From NCBI GenBank assembly GCA_964252035.1, contig OZ176201.1: a DNA stretch of 64,000 nucleotides. One strand, given 5' to 3'. Both the position numbers and the translations under genes were made by a program. Source of the DNA: Podarcis erhardii. Lineage: Eukaryota. The first letter of the stretch is position 1. The number at the start of each line of letters is the position of its first letter. The notes below the pieces were generated by a model. The model saw only the letters and a list, made by a program, of their open reading frames with translations, searched no databases and was not told where the DNA came from. This document shows, in pieces, positions 62,366 to 64,000 of this stretch.

Positions 62366-63479
62366 ATGACATTAACACTTGAATAGATCTTGCTTCCCCA
62401 TTAAGCTTCTCCAAACCCAAAGCTATGGATTAAGCACACAGAGAAAGTCAGGCCTCCTGTCTTTTGGCAGCTTCAGCCCAGACTAAAAATTGTGACTAGC
62501 TCTTGGCTAGTCTCCTACCTACAATATGTCATCTCTTCCTGGAAGCACCATTAGCTTCTTGTTCCTATTGCAACATGGCCAACTCTCTATTCTTGTAACA
62601 AAAAAGGTGCTTAGCAGCCCAGCTAGGGCTGTTAACTTAAAAAACAAAAAAACTGCTTTGGCCAGTTCAGCAGTTCCTTCTACCACAGACTACAGTTTTA
62701 TAGATTAAAAAAATATCACAGACTGGTTGGGATCCACAGGCATTAGCCAAACCAGCCACCCAATCCTATAGCAATACTCTACCATCTCCATTAAGATAAA
62801 TAGTTGCATACCTGGTCTGTGTTAGACATGAATCCAAGTTGTAAGTAGGAAGTATTTGCTATTGCATCATATTAGCTAGTTTTGGGTATTTGTGTATGTT
62901 AATATTAATACTAGATGGTTGTACACAGGGCATTGAAGCAATTGCCTCCAGCTTTTTCCAACCCAGCACCCAGGCATACATTTTGGGGAACAATTTCTTA
63001 ATTTCTGGGGTGGTAGTGCTGCTTTTGCAAACCAACTTAGATCAGGCCATGTTAGTGTGTCCCTCCCCACCAGTTGAAGACCAATGCATTAAATACATTA
63101 TAAATTTATTGGGTGTATTACTTTTCTGTTCTCCTGGAGGTAACGCCCGCATTTTCTGTCTCTGGCATCAAACCGTATTGTAGCTAAAAAGAGAATTGGT
63201 GAATTTTATTTTATATCAAGGTGGCTTAGAAATCAGAACGGAATCACAAACAAGTCAGTATTAAATGCAAACATTAAGAAGCAGCCGATAAATGGAACGT
63301 GTCTCCTAGCTCAGCACCGTCCATTACAGAAGAGATTACAGCTTGCTCAATTACAATTGCAATCCATAGGTTGAACATCAGCTTGCCATGGACATCCGTC
63401 TGGTCACTATGAGAACGAGATGTTGGACTAGATGGGCTTTGGGACCCATCCAGAATGGGCTCTGCTTGCGATCTCATCA

Positions 63480-63950
63480 CCTGCCGCCTCTTCCACACAA
63501 ACACGCAGGAGAGAGCAAGGTCCCGGCCAGAGCCCGTGAAAGCTCGGCCTCCGGACGCTAGGGGTCGCTGTGTCCGGCTGGCGGAAAAGCGGGTGACGGC
63601 CCCTTCCTTCCGCTTTCTGCGTAGCGCGGTTCATTTCCGCTTCACTTATTCCTTCGGAAATGGCTGCCGCTGCTGCCGCCGCCGCTAAGCCTTGAGGGAT
63701 CAAGTCAGGAAGGAGGAGGAAGAGGCCGCGATGGGTCGCGAGTCCAGGTGAGCCGGGAGGCCTTTGCGGGAGCGGGTCGGGCCCTGCCCGCGTTGGCCTT
63801 TCCGTCAGGGACAAAAGTGGCCGGCCCCTCGGGGAGGCCCTTCGCGGGGCCGCGTCAGGGGGAGCCGCGCGGGAGGAAGGCCCTTCGGGGGTCGCGAGGT
63901 TCTCCACGAGCTTCTCGCCGTCGGGAGTGTCGCAACTGCCAAACGAGCCG
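63480..63950 (+). promoter_or_regulatory. DDX46: DDX46 CpG-island promoter and 5' UTR
   Basis: CpG-rich; pyrimidine-rich initiator-like tracts at 63601-63655; AAATGGCTG YY1-like motif. Confidence 0.75.
63731..63747 (+). CDS. DDX46: DEAD-box helicase DDX46 (Prp5 ortholog), first coding exon (MGRES+R), partial
   Basis: ATGGGTCGCGAGTCCAG|GTGAGC matches the recalled DDX46 N-terminus MGRESR and the CAMLG-DDX46 synteny; the rest of the gene is beyond the window. Confidence 0.85.
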
Positions 63951-64000
63951 GGACTTTATTTCAGACACTTTCATAGAGTCCGTCTGAAATAATAAGTCCG

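Noticed and set aside
63428-63987. ORFs over the DDX46 CpG island
   Set aside because: GC-rich artefacts; the real coding exon is 17 nt long.
1-64000. CRISPR arrays, operons or other prokaryote-type systems
   Set aside because: The window is intron-exon vertebrate DNA; the repeats are dispersed TEs and microsatellites with no repeat-spacer periodicity.

Overview
Eukaryotic genomic DNA from a squamate reptile, most likely a lacertid lizard (Sauria/POM-type SINEs, BovB, and Penelope-like and CR1/L2-like remnants). The locus matches the vertebrate SAR1B-SEC24A-CAMLG-DDX46 gene order. I hand-assembled a complete SEC24A (23 coding exons, 11848-42899, all GT-AG and phase-consistent, 1096 aa), a complete CAMLG (4 exons, 49806-57798, 292 aa) and the first coding exon of DDX46 (63731-63747). 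A probable non-coding first exon and CpG-island promoter of SAR1B lies on the minus strand near 4750-4900; that assignment rests on synteny only. Almost all ORFs in the supplied track are intronic, antisense, GC-rich or transposon artefacts. No CRISPR, rRNA or bona fide tRNA genes were seen. The most interesting signals are as follows. (1) An apparent extra CpG island at 8835-9629 is a 795-bp non-autonomous hAT element (17-bp TIRs, perfect 8-bp TSD) with promoter-like cargo, and it may seed a chimeric two-exon ORF. (2) There is a decayed Penelope-type hammerhead ribozyme. (3) Several transposons carry NRF1-like and ZNF143-like motifs between the SAR1B and SEC24A promoters. (4) A probable solo LTR in the last SEC24A intron offers a cryptic exon predicted to escape NMD. 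(5) CAMLG has an apparent +1 shift that removes its C-terminal EVP. (6) Short poly-Ala uORFs precede CAMLG and DDX46. No database searches were run: family names and human comparisons come from recalled consensus features and need confirmation.
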